From Mustelus asterias (lineage: Eukaryota): 64,000 nt of DNA. Numbering within the stretch: the first letter of the stretch is position 1; every line of letters begins with the position of its first letter. Location of the stretch: positions 112,778,001-112,842,000 of the forward strand of contig NC_135803.1 in NCBI RefSeq assembly GCF_964213995.1. The letters run 5' to 3'. The notes beneath the pieces were generated by a model. The model did no database searches and was not told the DNA's origin. It was given only the letters and a program-made list of their open reading frames with translations. Below, one piece after another: positions 26,494 to 37,996 of the stretch. The position numbers were made by a program, and so were the translations under genes.

Positions 26494-26728
26494 AAAAACA
26501 GAAAAATGCTGGAAAATCTCAGCAGGTCTTACAGTATCTGTAGAGAGAGAGAGTAGAACCAATGTTTCGCGTCTAGATGACCCTTTAGCAGAGTTCTGAC
26601 AAAGGGTCACCCAGACTCGAAACGTTGGCTCTGTTCTCTCTCCACAGATGCTGTCAGACCTGCTGAGATTTTCCAGCATTTTTCTGTTTTTGTTTCAGAT
26701 TCCAGCATCCGCAGTATTTTGCGTTTAT
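26494..26728. mobile_element. Inverted (fold-back) pair of Penelope-derived pseudo-LTR repeats
   Basis: About 95-bp arms AAAAACAGAAAAATGCTGGAAAATCTCAGCAGGTC / GACCTGCTGAGATTTTCCAGCATTTTTCTGTTTTT; single arms also at about 6300-6405, 15506-15598 and 24015-24080. Confidence 0.75.
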
Positions 26729-27053
26729 CGAAGTTTTCTCAACGTTGGGAAAACTGACACAGGGTTTCTCCCATGATTAAGTGGATCCTGTCACCATAGT
26801 CCCCAGCATGATGGACTGCAGAAAATCCAGCCTGAGGTTTACACGAGGTTTAAGGTGATATTAGTCTGCCAGCATTCAGACTGACATCACTCACTGCTCT
26901 CAAGAGAAGGGAAGAGGAAAAAGGTTTTGCAAAGCGATTGTTTAAAAACTCCTAAATTTCAAATCATTCGTAAATGAGCGGCGAGCGGTTTATATTAATT
27001 GTGATATAACAAGTAGCATGCCAGCTAACCTATGTTTATCTGAGCATTTGTGA

Positions 27054-27397
27054 AATAGAATCATAGAATCCTACAGTGCAGAAGGAGGCCATTTTGCCCA
27101 TCGAGTCTGCACTGAACACAATCCCACCCAGGCCCTATCCCCATAACCCCCATGCATTTACCCTAGCTAGTCCCCCTGACACTACAGGGTAATTTATCAT
27201 GGCCAATCCATCTAACCTGCACATTTTTGGCCTGTGGGAGTAAACCGGAGCACCCGGAGAAAACCCACGCAGACACGGGGAGAATGTGCAAACTCTACAC
27301 AGACAGTGACCCAAGCCGGGAATTGAACCCGGGTCCCTGGTGCGATGAGGCAGCAGTGCTAACCACTGTGCTAACCACTATGCTACTGTGCCACCCC
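27054..27397 (-). mobile_element. Full-length HE1/V-type SINE
   Basis: Minus strand has tRNA head, V core and CR1-like ATTCTATG tail. Confidence 0.9.
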
Positions 27398-27404
27398 TCA
27401 ATAG

Positions 27405-29013
27405 TCTGTAAGTTGGGACTGAAGGTGGACAAGTCCCCGGGTCCGGATGGAATGCATCCCAGGGTATTGAAAGAAATGTCAGAGGTAATAGTGGATGCGT
27501 TAGTGATTATTTATCAAAACTCGTTGCATTCTGGGGTAGTGCCGGTTGATTGGAAAACGGCTAATGTTACGCCGCTGTTTAAAAAAGGAAGGAGACAAAA
27601 GGCGGGTAACTATAGGCCGGTCAGCTTAACGTCTGTAGTAGGGAAAATGCTGGAATCCATTATTAAAGAGGAGATAGCAGGGCATCTGGATAGAAATGGT
27701 TCGATCAATCAGACGCAGCATGGATTCATGAGGGGAAAGTCGTGCTTGACGAACATGTTGGATTTTTATGAAGATGTGACTAGGGCGGTTGATGGAGGAG
27801 AACCGGTGGATGCGGTGTTTTTGGATTTCCAAAAGGTGTTTGATAAGGTGCCCCATAAAAGGCTGCTGAAGAAGATTAGGGCACACGGAGTTGGGGGTAG
27901 TGTGTTAAAGTGGATTGGGGACTGGCTATCCGACAGGAAGCAAAGAGTCGGAATAAATGGGTGTTTTTCCGGTTGGAGGAAGGTAACTAGTGGCGTGCCA
28001 CAGGGATCGGTACTCGGGCCGCAACTATTTACCATTTATATAGATGATCTGGAGGAGGGGACGGAGTGTAGGGTAACGAAGTTTGCAGACGACACAAAGA
28101 TAAGTGGAAAAGTGAATCGTGTGGAGGACGGAGAAGATCTGCAGAGAGATTTGGACAGGCTGAGTGAGTGGGCGAGGATATGGCAAATGGAGTATAACGT
28201 TGATAAATGCGAGGTTATACACTTTGGAGGAAATAATAACAAATGGGATTACTATCTCAATGGAAACAAATTAAAACATGCTACCGTGCAAAGGGACCTG
28301 GGGGTCCTTGTGCATGAGACGCAAAAGCCCAGTCTGCAGGTACAACAGGTGATCAAGGAGGCAAATGGGATGTTGGCCTATATCGCGAGGGGGATGGAAT
28401 ATAAAAGCAGGGATGTCTTGATGCACCTGTACAGGGCATTGGTGAGGCCGCAGCTGGAATACTGTGTGCAGTATTGGTCCCCTTATATGAGGAAGGATAT
28501 ATTGGCATTGGAGGGAGTGCAGAGAAGGTTCACCAGGTTGATACCGGAGATGAGGGGTTTGGATTATGAGGAGAGGCTGAGGAGATTGGATTTGTACTCG
28601 TTGGAGTTTAGAAGGATGAGGGGGGATCTTATGGAGACTTATAAGATAATGCGGGGGCTGGATAGGGTGGAGGCGGAGAGATTCTTTCCACTTAGTCAGG
28701 AAGTTAAAACTAGAGGACACAGCCTCAAAATAAAGGGGGGTCGGTTTAAGACAGAGTTGAGGAGGAACTTCTTCTCCCAGAGGGTGGTGAATCTCTGGAA
28801 TTCTCTGCCCACTGAGGTGGTGGAGGCTATCTCGCTGAATATGTTTAAAGCGCGGATGGATGGATTCCTGATCGGTAAGGGAATTAAGGGTTATGGGGAT
28901 CAGGCGGGTAAGTGGTACTGATCCACGTCAGATCAGCCATGATCTTATTGAATGGCGGGGCAGGCTCGAGGGGCTAGATGGCCTACTCCTGCTCCTATTT
29001 CTTATGTTCTTAT
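27405..29013 (+). mobile_element. Young 5'-truncated CR1 LINE with ~500-aa intact RT frame (ends 28921)
   Basis: KSPGPDGMHPRVLKE, NYRPVSLTS, QHGF, GVPQGSVLGP, KFADD, WNSLP; TTCTTATGTTCTTAT tail. Confidence 0.95.
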
Positions 29014-29807
29014 AATCCAGCAAGAGGGAATTTTAATAAAAACTTGGTCGTGCCCTCAATCTAGTCGTGTAGCCTGATGCATCATCAGATCTTGGATTAT
29101 GTATATGCCAATTAGCTTTAATGCACTGGAAAAATCATTTTAAAAAAGGCGAGTTGCTATTTTCTTCATAATTACTGAGCACAACACAGTCAAGTTTATG
29201 ATTATCACTGTTCACCTGCCAGGCATTACTCATGCTTTGTTTCTGTGCTCCAAGACTGTCTTAATTAGATAATTGATTTAATTACTTGCTTTTCAATCTT
29301 TGATATGTGACACAGTTAATATGCTCAAGTGCAAAACATTAGTTATAACCTTGCATTCAAGTAGCAAGAATACTAAAATTAAGTCACTCGCTCTTAGGTA
29401 ACTCCTCTAAAGTTCTGATCTTCTGTCGGTTCATCAAAAACTACCATTTTGTTTTATTGAATCCCGACTCAGTGTCCTCGCCAGTTTTCAGAATCATTTG
29501 GATCCTAGCTGAATGAAGATCAGTCAGTGTTTGCTACTTTGCGAGCCAATGTGACTCAAGCGAATGCATGGTGTGTGCCTGGTCAGAAGCTGTCAAAGCG
29601 TTCTTCCAGCAGTAAAATGATCAAGTTATTCACCAACTTGCAGATAATACACGGGACCACACTGGGGAGCAGCCTCCATTTAAAACATCTGCATCCATTC
29701 ATTGCCCATTCCCATAAAGCCATAATAAAAATAGAAAACTAATAGACATTTGCTGTCTTTAAAAACCTTGGAAAATACAATTATAGCAGCAGGCTTTTAT
29801 TACTTAC

Positions 29808-29931
29808 CTGGGTTGTAGTGAAAGATTATATTTAATAGATCTTGGTCACCCCATGTGATATCATTCTTATATTTATGGTATAACGGATACAACAATTCTT
29901 CCCATCTTAGTCCAGTTGGAACCATACTGTT
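29808..29931 (-). CDS. GXYLT2: GXYLT2 internal coding exon (124 bp)
   Basis: catatag|[41 protein letters not shown](E)|gtaagt; contains the GT8 GDQDLLN motif. Absent from the ORF track. Confidence 0.95.
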
Positions 29932-30349
29932 CTATATGGACAGAAAACCAGAGATAGTAATCAGAATAAATGGAAAGTGACATTTCACTGACAACCCTAT
30001 TGGATTACAGTTCTGTTGAGAGCCATTGGATAAGGTACAAGGAACACAGAATCAATCAATCAAGAAATAACCACTTATTTTCCATTTAAAAATTACAAGG
30101 TGAAAATGGGATGAACACACTGCAGGAATTAAGAGAGACCCTATTAATGGTCTACAGTGACATGTCAGCTTCATAGCTGATATATCACTATAGACATATA
30201 AGTCTATAGCTTTACCAGCCATGATTGAATGGTGGAGCAGACTTGAGGGCCAAATGGCCTAATTCTACTTCTATATCTTAAGGTCTTCGGGTGACAAGGA
30301 GGGCACCCAGATTTTGGATGCAGCTTCAGGTTATTAAGAGAGGGGGTGG

Positions 30350-30975
30350 GGTGAGAGGGGACAGGAAATCTTGATGGCATCATGTGGAGATGTCGTTGAG
30401 GAAGTCAGTGCCAGGTGCTTAGCCATGGCTGCCTGAAAAATAGAGTAATGCTCTCACCAAAGCTGTCAAGGGGAGAAACACAGAAAATAGATGGAGGAGG
30501 AGGCCATTCGGCCCTTCAAGCCTGCTCCGCTACTCATTTTGATCATGGCTGATCATCAAATTCAATATCCTGATCCCGCCTTCCCCCCATATCCCTTGAT
30601 CACTTTAACCCCCCCAAGAGCTATAACTATAGGGAAACCTATTTAAATCTCCTCTAATGCCTCCACCACTACAGCCACACTACAGTTCCTTCCCCGCTTC
30701 CCTTTACTCTCAAACATTCACCACTCCACACTTTGCTCCAGCTTCTATCCTGACTTGCTCATAAACTTTTCAGCTACATCAACTAGGTTGTCACTAACAT
30801 GTTCTCTTCTTTCTACAGAAGGTTGCATGCCACAATCAGCAGGAGGCTGAAAATGGAAGAGGCCGTGATCATCAACGCACTCTGATCCCACTGGAGGAAA
30901 TGTACTAGCCATCAGGGAGAGGGAGTGAGTTACACCCATGATGAGTGGTGGCACTGGAGACGACATCATGCAGGG
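30350..30975 (+). pseudogene. Third Harbinger Myb/SANT-like relic (heavily decayed), with a CR1 tail inserted at about 30480-30630
   Basis: EEVSARCLA remnant, acceptor TTCTACAG at 30811-30818, then KVACHNQQEAENG...LIPLEE. Confidence 0.45.
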
Positions 30976-31686
30976 TTTCTTATGCCTTACACATTTTTTG
31001 CTTCACACGTTGATCTTATTTTACTCACTCTGCATGATGAACTGTAGCTACGTTCAACAGCTACAGATTTCTCTCTGCTCTCACTTTAGGCCAAAGTTAA
31101 TCTTTGTGCCCTCTTTCATTGCGGGTGCTGAAAACATAAGACCACTGTGCTGTTTCAGGAACAGGAGGTCAGCCTTCCTGAAGATGTCAGTTCACTCGCT
31201 CCAAACATGGCAAGCTCCAGCTTACAGCTGAAACCTTGTGTACCTTGCTTAGAGGGTAGGTTCGAGGAGTAGCCTTCTTATGGTGAATCAGCAGCTACTA
31301 GTGTACAGGAGCTGGGGGGTGGGCATAGGAAGCCACAGATGATAAATATAAAACTCACAAACACGCAACGTTGCTACGTACCTGTTTGTTTAATTTACCT
31401 AAAACAAAATAATTTTAAGCTTCTATTGCATTATAAGTCAATCTTGTAGCCATTTCTCTTTCATTTCATTGTTGTTCGCCATTTCCAAAACTTGACCACT
31501 CACCTCAGAAACATGACTCCCTGAGTCCCTGCTACATATTGTTCCAAGAAAGGGAAGTAATTTTCATGTGATGGATGTAAGTAGTTCAGAGTTATAGGAG
31601 CTAACGAATTACTTATTTGTACTTTTGTCATAAACAACACAATTACCGACTCATTAAGATCTGAACTACCTATTGTCACAAACAAT

Positions 31687-32688
31687 GGGGGCGATTCTCC
31701 CATCCCACTGCACTAAAAAGTTAGCGCAGCGGGATGGGAGATTCCAGCGGTGCCTGACACACAGGATCCGCACTGGGCGGCCCAGCCCGCTAGCATCTCC
31801 CAGCACCGGATTTCCAGCGGCGTCACATCCGCGCTGGAAATCGGCTGGGAAGTGCATAAATTATGATAAATTAATATTACCATATATTTTAAATGTGATT
31901 AGTGGACCCAGGACTGAAGTCTCCAGGCCCGCTAGCATCTCTCCCCCACCCTGCCAGAGTGTTTCACTCCAGTGGGGTTTACAGTAACTCCCCACTTTTG
32001 GGTAAGTAGCGGCCCGACCCCGCTGGAGTAAAAGGGGGCAATCGGGGTCCCCCTGAGGGCCAGGGGTGGGGGGGGGGGGAGGTGCCCCTGGGCATTGGCA
32101 CCTTGGCAGTGCCATAGTGAGCCCTGGCAGGGCAATTAGTAGGGGTGAGGGTCCCGCTGTCACTCCTCCATCGGGATTGGTGGGGGAGGGAGGGAGGCCA
32201 GTGATCGGGACTGGCCATTGGAGTGTGGGGGTTCAGGGATGCCGGGGAGGGGGGAAATGGGAGGGGCGGGTGGGGGGGAGCAGGGCTACGAGGGAGGTGG
32301 AGACTTGACCAGGCACAGTCGGGGGGGCCAGTGATCGGGCTGGGGGTGGGGGGATGTGTCGGAGGGCCGGTGTTGCGGGGGTCACAGGGCTGGCCAGCTA
32401 TTGAGTTGGCCAGCCATTGGGAGGCCAGCAGTGCGGGAACACTGCACTTGCGCCAATCACAGCACTATCAGATCAGCATGTGCGCAATGGCCCGCTCGGT
32501 GCTATGCTGCCAGCCTCCTGGGCAGGGATTGGCCCCACACACTGAATTCTGGAGTGAATCACGCTAGTGCTCCCTGCAGTGCACAGAGTGTGGGAGATTC
32601 ATTTTGAAACCCCGGCTGAAAAAACCAACAGGATTTACTCCAGTTTTTACGTGAATTCAACACTTAAGAATTTTTTTGGGAGCATTCT
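31687..32688 (-). mobile_element. ~1-kb GC-rich non-autonomous DNA transposon, copy C
   Basis: GGGGGCGATTCTCCC end; reverse-complement colinear with copies A and D. Confidence 0.75.
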
Positions 32689-32895
32689 GGGCAATAACTT
32701 GAACAACTGTATATGTACCACATGTACATACACAACATTCAAAGCAACCTTTTGTTCTGAATCCTACTTGGACACATCACACAAATCCTGTAATATGAAC
32801 CTGCCCAGGAAGACTCAGAATTACTTCAGGTTACAGTTGTAGAAAACTGAATTATCTATGAAGGATCTATGATGAATTGCTGTTTTATTTTAAAC

Positions 32896-33147
32896 CTTGA
32901 ATAGTTGATTTCTTATTCGAGTCAGATTCATTAGCATGACTCCTGAATTGACTCCAGCTGCTCCATAATAAGGATGCCGTGCAAACCGACTGTACCATCC
33001 AATTCTTGGGATTTCATGCTCTGGGGCCATGGCTGCAAGTTGTGTGGAGTTGAACAAATTCAGGAAAGACCAAACATCATCAACTGGTCTCAGGAAGAGA
33101 ACATCAGTATCTACGTACAGCAGAGAATCAACGTCTTTCAGAATCAT
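32896..33147 (-). CDS. GXYLT2: GXYLT2 internal coding exon (252 bp) with DxD motif
   Basis: taccag|[26 protein letters not shown]...[41 protein letters not shown]|gtttaa. Confidence 0.96.
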
Positions 33148-33677
33148 CTGGTATGGAAACAGAAGAAAACAGAAGCTTTAAAATATGCCTGCCGATAACT
33201 TGCTGCCGTTTACGCCGTCGGGATCCTCTGGTCCCACCGACGCATCCCCACCACAAGTTTCCCGGCGGCGAGGGGTGCATCCAATGGGAAGACCCATTGA
33301 CAACGGTGGGATCATAAGATCCCGCCACCAGCGAGCGACGCACCTTCTCCCACCGCCATGAAACACACTGCAGAGGAGGAACAAAATAAACTAAGCATGA
33401 CAATTCTTCAAGTTATCTCAAGTGCCTTAAGATCCCAAAATGTACTGTTAGAGCATTAAATCTAAAGGAATCTCCAGTTTTATAAAACCCTACGATTATT
33501 GAGACATTTCCAAAAGTGGACACATTAAATACACTCCTTATTTTTATTTGATTCCAATGAGCAAGATACTGCTGCTGCTCCATGTCACTATGTCGTGGCA
33601 TATATTTGTAAATTCTTAGGTCATTCCTGCTTTATACATGGCCATAACGTTATTATGCCCGTTTATTTAGAGAAGAT

Positions 33678-34443
33678 TGTTTGGGTCCCGGACCAGAACC
33701 CCAAATTACATTAGGACACCAGACTAGACGCCAACAATTTTTTCTATTTTAGCATAAATGTGATGATCAGATACTTCCTTCCAGGAATTATGCCATTGAC
33801 AAATTTGGGATCTTTTATTGTCAAACGAACTTTCTTTAATAACACGGTTTAAACATAACTCTAACAAATGAAACAGCTTAACTATTAACAGTTGAACAAT
33901 ATTTAAAAATGAAAAGCAAACAACTTTAATTTCTAACTTATCACTATTTCAGTTCCAAATAAGCAACATTCCTCTTAGAGCTTTACAATGCCACTTTAAA
34001 TACTTTAGCAACCATAAATATACTTGTTATAATGAGTTTAGACAGTCTTGAAGCTTTCAGAAAGAGATAGAGTTCCAGAAACCTGCAAAATCCTTTTAAC
34101 TTCAACCTGGCTTCAGCTGCAAACTAAATCAACTGTTTCCTGCAAAAGCTTCTTTTCCCCTCTGATACAGACCCCAGACTACACATAAACCACATCATCA
34201 CATGACCCTGTCAACGACTCTCATCCAAAATCCCAGAGAAACTTATGTAAACTAAAGTCCATTAGCTCTACTTAAACTAAACACTTGCAAGGTTGAAATG
34301 AGTAATTATCCTGCTCTCCCAAAATCTGAGCTGCATTCCTCCCAGGCAGACCGACTTCCCACAGCATAAAGCTGAATTTTTAAACATTCCCCTCAAACAC
34401 AAAAATATAACATATCTATATCAATTGCATTACCATCATCACA
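33678..34443 (-). mobile_element. Solo LTR (766 bp)
   Basis: TGT...ACA termini with 4-bp TSD AGAT; homologous to 60075-60887 and to a fragment at about 25250-25450. Orientation inferred. Confidence 0.8.
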
Positions 34444-34524
34444 AGATCAACATGACTCTGCCAGTGCCTCTTTATTGCAATTCAAAACCAAACACAAGTT
34501 AAAGCATTTCTTTCTTTAACCTAT

Positions 34525-34840
34525 GGGTGGCACAGTGGTTAGCACTGCTGCTTCACAATGCCAGGGATCCGGGTTCGATTCCCAGCTTGGGTCACTGTCT
34601 GTGTGGAGTTTGCACATTCTCCGCGTGTCTGCGTGGATTTCCTCCGGGTTCTCCGGTTTCCTCCCACAGTCCAAATATGTGCAGGTTAGGTGGATTGGCC
34701 ATGTTAAACTGCCCCTTAGTGACAAGGGGACTGGCTAGGGTAAATGCATGGGGTTATGGGAATAGGGCCTGGGTGGATTGTGGTCAGTACAGACTCAATG
34801 GGCCGAATGGCCTTCTTCTGCACTGTAGGATTCTATGACT
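34525..34840 (+). mobile_element. Full-length HE1/V-type SINE
   Basis: GGTGGCACAGTGGTTAGCAC A box, GGTTCGATTCCC B box, V core, GGATTCTATGA tail. Confidence 0.9.
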
Positions 34841-35268
34841 GGTTCTTCTCAGGTGAATGGCTCTTGGCTTTGTCATACCTGTATTATTTTTTCAGACGAG
34901 GTTGGGCATGCCCAATTTCAAAATGCCTCTCAGTATAGGAAACAGCAAGAGTATCTCGAGTGCACCACAATTAATGATATAATGTAGTCCTGACCCTATC
35001 CGGCTTTGGTGTGGAATCCAAACTGTGATGATGAGGAGAGATGACTATTTCAAATGGAGCTGTATTTCCCATTGTAAGGTGCTTAAATGCTACCACAAGC
35101 CTCCAACAGATTAATATTTTCTCTGATACTTTCGCACACAAGTGTTGTTACTTTGGTGTCTTAAGCGTCAGATCTAAATTTCAGAGCAGAATTATTCATT
35201 GCCAAAATCTTGAAATAGCTCTGCTCAGAATGAACGTAATAGAACAAAAGACAAAAATAGCAACCCAC

Positions 35269-35400
35269 TGGGAGAAAGAGGCGTTGAGCGGCACATGGTT
35301 TAAATAATTTTTTCCATTCCTGAGCCTTCCCTGCTGAAAATGTGATTGGGTAGATGTGATAGTCAACATGCGATTTGAAGGTAAAAGGCCAAGCTTTAAT
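35269..35400 (-). CDS. GXYLT2: GXYLT2 internal coding exon (132 bp)
   Basis: ttcaacag|[44 protein letters not shown]|gtgggt. Absent from the ORF track in this frame. Confidence 0.95.
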
Positions 35401-36010
35401 CTGTTGAAAATCAAAAACAAGGAATTACAATACAATACACAGGACTTCATTTTTTCCAAGACAGATTAGCAGAATTAAATAAATGCAAATAGATTCTGGA
35501 GAAAAGTGTGAAATTCGAGACAACATTTACAGAACAATGGTGCACCCATCGTCACCCAGCAAGCCGCAAATGTACATCGACTGATTCTGCAATGCACTGC
35601 ACATGTTCATTGTGCAACCTGTACTTTATCTGAATGTTAATTATTAAATCAGTGTGGTAAATTAACAAAATAAACTTGTTCACAATAACGCTAAAGTAAA
35701 TTGTGGAATTTCCCTGGTTGACTTGTAGGTTAACCGGAGATGTGTACTTTGGAACTTGCACTAGCATTACTGTTTATCTGTTACGCATTTTAATGGCTGC
35801 TTATCTCACTCATCTTTGACAGTTGTCAAACTTTTGTACTGGAAACTAGATGTTCAAATGGTTCTCATTTCCAGTTTCTTAGTCAGCTGCGGAAAATGCA
35901 GTTTTATCAACTGAAAAGTTCATTAAGAATGGGTTTCAAAGGCTTTTGCTGTATGAGATTATTACAGATTCACTACTCCAAGGTCTGCTGGCAGCATTTT
36001 TCAGAGTTAT

Positions 36011-36146
36011 GGGCCGGAATTCTCCGGTTTTGCACACCCCGCCATCGTGCGATTGAGAATGGAGAATTTGGCACCCAGCCAAATCGCCATTCACAGCAGC
36101 AGGACCGGAGAATCCCAGCTGGGGGCAAGGTCGGAGAAATGTGGCC
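36011..36146. mobile_element. Harbinger-type MITE
   Basis: GGGCCGGAATTCTCCG...CGGAGAAATGTGGCC inverted ends. Confidence 0.65.
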
Positions 36147-36580
36147 ATAGTGAACAGATGTCATTCAAGAAGATAGACCAAGTGTTAATTATTTGGCCAG
36201 ATGAGTCTACTGCTGGGCTACATAAAATGAATTTAACAGTACAAATAGCCAGCTCACAGAATCTGGATGAAAGTAAAAGATTAGCTGGAGTTTTCGTCAT
36301 CACACATGACAGGTACCACCTTCATCAACTGGGGCATGAAAGAGTGCCCAAAATCATTTTTGTTAAAGAAGTGACTGAAGTTGTCTGGTAATGTACTGGA
36401 GACCATCAGTGTCACATCCTGCACATAATATACTATTTGTTACATGCTTGGTATTGTCGTTGACTCCAGTTGCTAAGTTTCAACTGTTCTGCTTATATAA
36501 GAAAAGGAAGAGTATGCTTTTGAAAAGACTGCAGTGATTGAAGGAAATAAACACCAGGCTCCAAAGGAATTATCTTAAAA

Positions 36581-36690
36581 CTCTCTCTCTCTCTCTCTGG
36601 TTCTCTGTGCTGGCTTTGTCTCTCTGGCTCTGTGTGTCTCCGTCTCTCTCTCTCTCTCTGCTGGCTCTGTGTGTTTCTTCCTGCTCTTCT
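36581..36690. repeat. (CT)n-rich microsatellite
   Basis: Visible CT dinucleotide runs. Confidence 0.85.
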
Positions 36691-37235
36691 CTGCGAAATT
36701 AGAGATTTTTCCTATTTTTACGGGGTTACTCATTTACCTGTTTCTGTTTATTGCATAGGTTTATACAGGACAGGGGTTAAAATAATGTTTTATAAATGGT
36801 TTTTTAAACCGTCTAGCTTTATTTTGTCGAGGGTTACTTTCTGATATTTACGGTCTCAGTCATCATTCAAAGCAGTTAACGTGAGAAATTTAGGATATCA
36901 TTCCTCCTTAATATTTTCTCTCAAATTAGGACTTAAATGCAATTCCTAATTTACAGCTGAACTTATTCTTCCCTGACCACCTTTGCCCCACCCTAGAAAT
37001 GTAGCAATTTTGTGCCTTCAGCATTGGGATTTCCTCCTTCAGTATTGCCTTGCATTTGTATCTTTTTCCAATAAAAGCTGAATATACCTACATTGCAAAT
37101 CATACACTGATGGAACATCCTGTATTCACTTGTCATAGACTTATAAACAAAACCATTCTTGAGTTGTCAGCTATTTATTGCCTGTTCCTGCATTTTTTAA
37201 AATAAAAAGTTGTTCGCCAGCTTTTGCTAGTTTTC

Positions 37236-37585
37236 AAGCTTGGTTTTCTTGTGTCTGGTTTATGATATGGAGTCGATGGTAGCCATGATGTGGTCTGTAG
37301 AAACTTGATGTCTGTGTCAATATGCGCAATCTTCTTGGAGATCCTCTCCACTCTGAGCCGGCAGTTTGTGGTGTGGATGGTTGTAAAGACTTGTTATTCA
37401 GCCAGCCTACACTGTCTGGACTTACTCTTTGACACTCTTGATTACCTGTTAGTGTCAGCCTATCATCACTCTGCCTATATATTCTGTGCCTGTGCACCTC
37501 TCTCCACTTCACCTGATGAAGGAGCAGCACTCCGAAAACTTAAATAAACCCATTGGACTATAACTTGGTGTCGTGTGACCTCTCA
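37236..37585. mobile_element. Penelope-like element remnant (inverted ORF start plus pseudo-LTR with hammerhead-like core)
   Basis: Minus-strand ERISKKIAHIDTDIKFLQ; plus-strand CTGATGA-A-GGAG-CAGCA-CTCC-GAAA (37513-37537) followed by AATAAA. Confidence 0.65.
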
Positions 37586-37996
37586 TCTGGTATATGGTAG
37601 AGATTGTTTGCTGCTTACATTGCTTTCTCGTAACACACTTTTCCTTTCCTTCAATATTTTTCCTCCTCATCAGAAAGCAGTAAAATATTTCTCTAGCTCT
37701 CTGTCTATAACCTTGAATGAAACTCTGCTGAACATGTTATCTCTCACTTGCTTCTTCAGCTCGGCCTCCTGGACCCAGAGAACGTTGCTGGGTTGAAGTG
37801 ATTGACGGCGCAGTCTCCTGCTTTGGGCAACAGGACTGGCCAGGATAATTGCTCCTCGAGCACCAACCATGGGTTCATTCCCTCCTGCCCTCACTGCTCC
37901 TCCAATCGTAGATTCTGTCCCTGGAGATGCAGCGTGAGCGCGAGGGAGGGAATTTGTCAATGGAGAAGCTGGAGCAGTGAGCATGGGTGGGAAAGA

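Noticed and set aside
27227-27405. Novel N-terminus on the 564-aa RT ORF
   Set aside because: It is a chance read-through from an antisense SINE into a 5'-truncated CR1, starting at a non-ATG codon.
34525-34600. tRNA genes at SINE heads
   Set aside because: The A and B boxes run into SINE core and tail sequences, with no complete cloverleaf.
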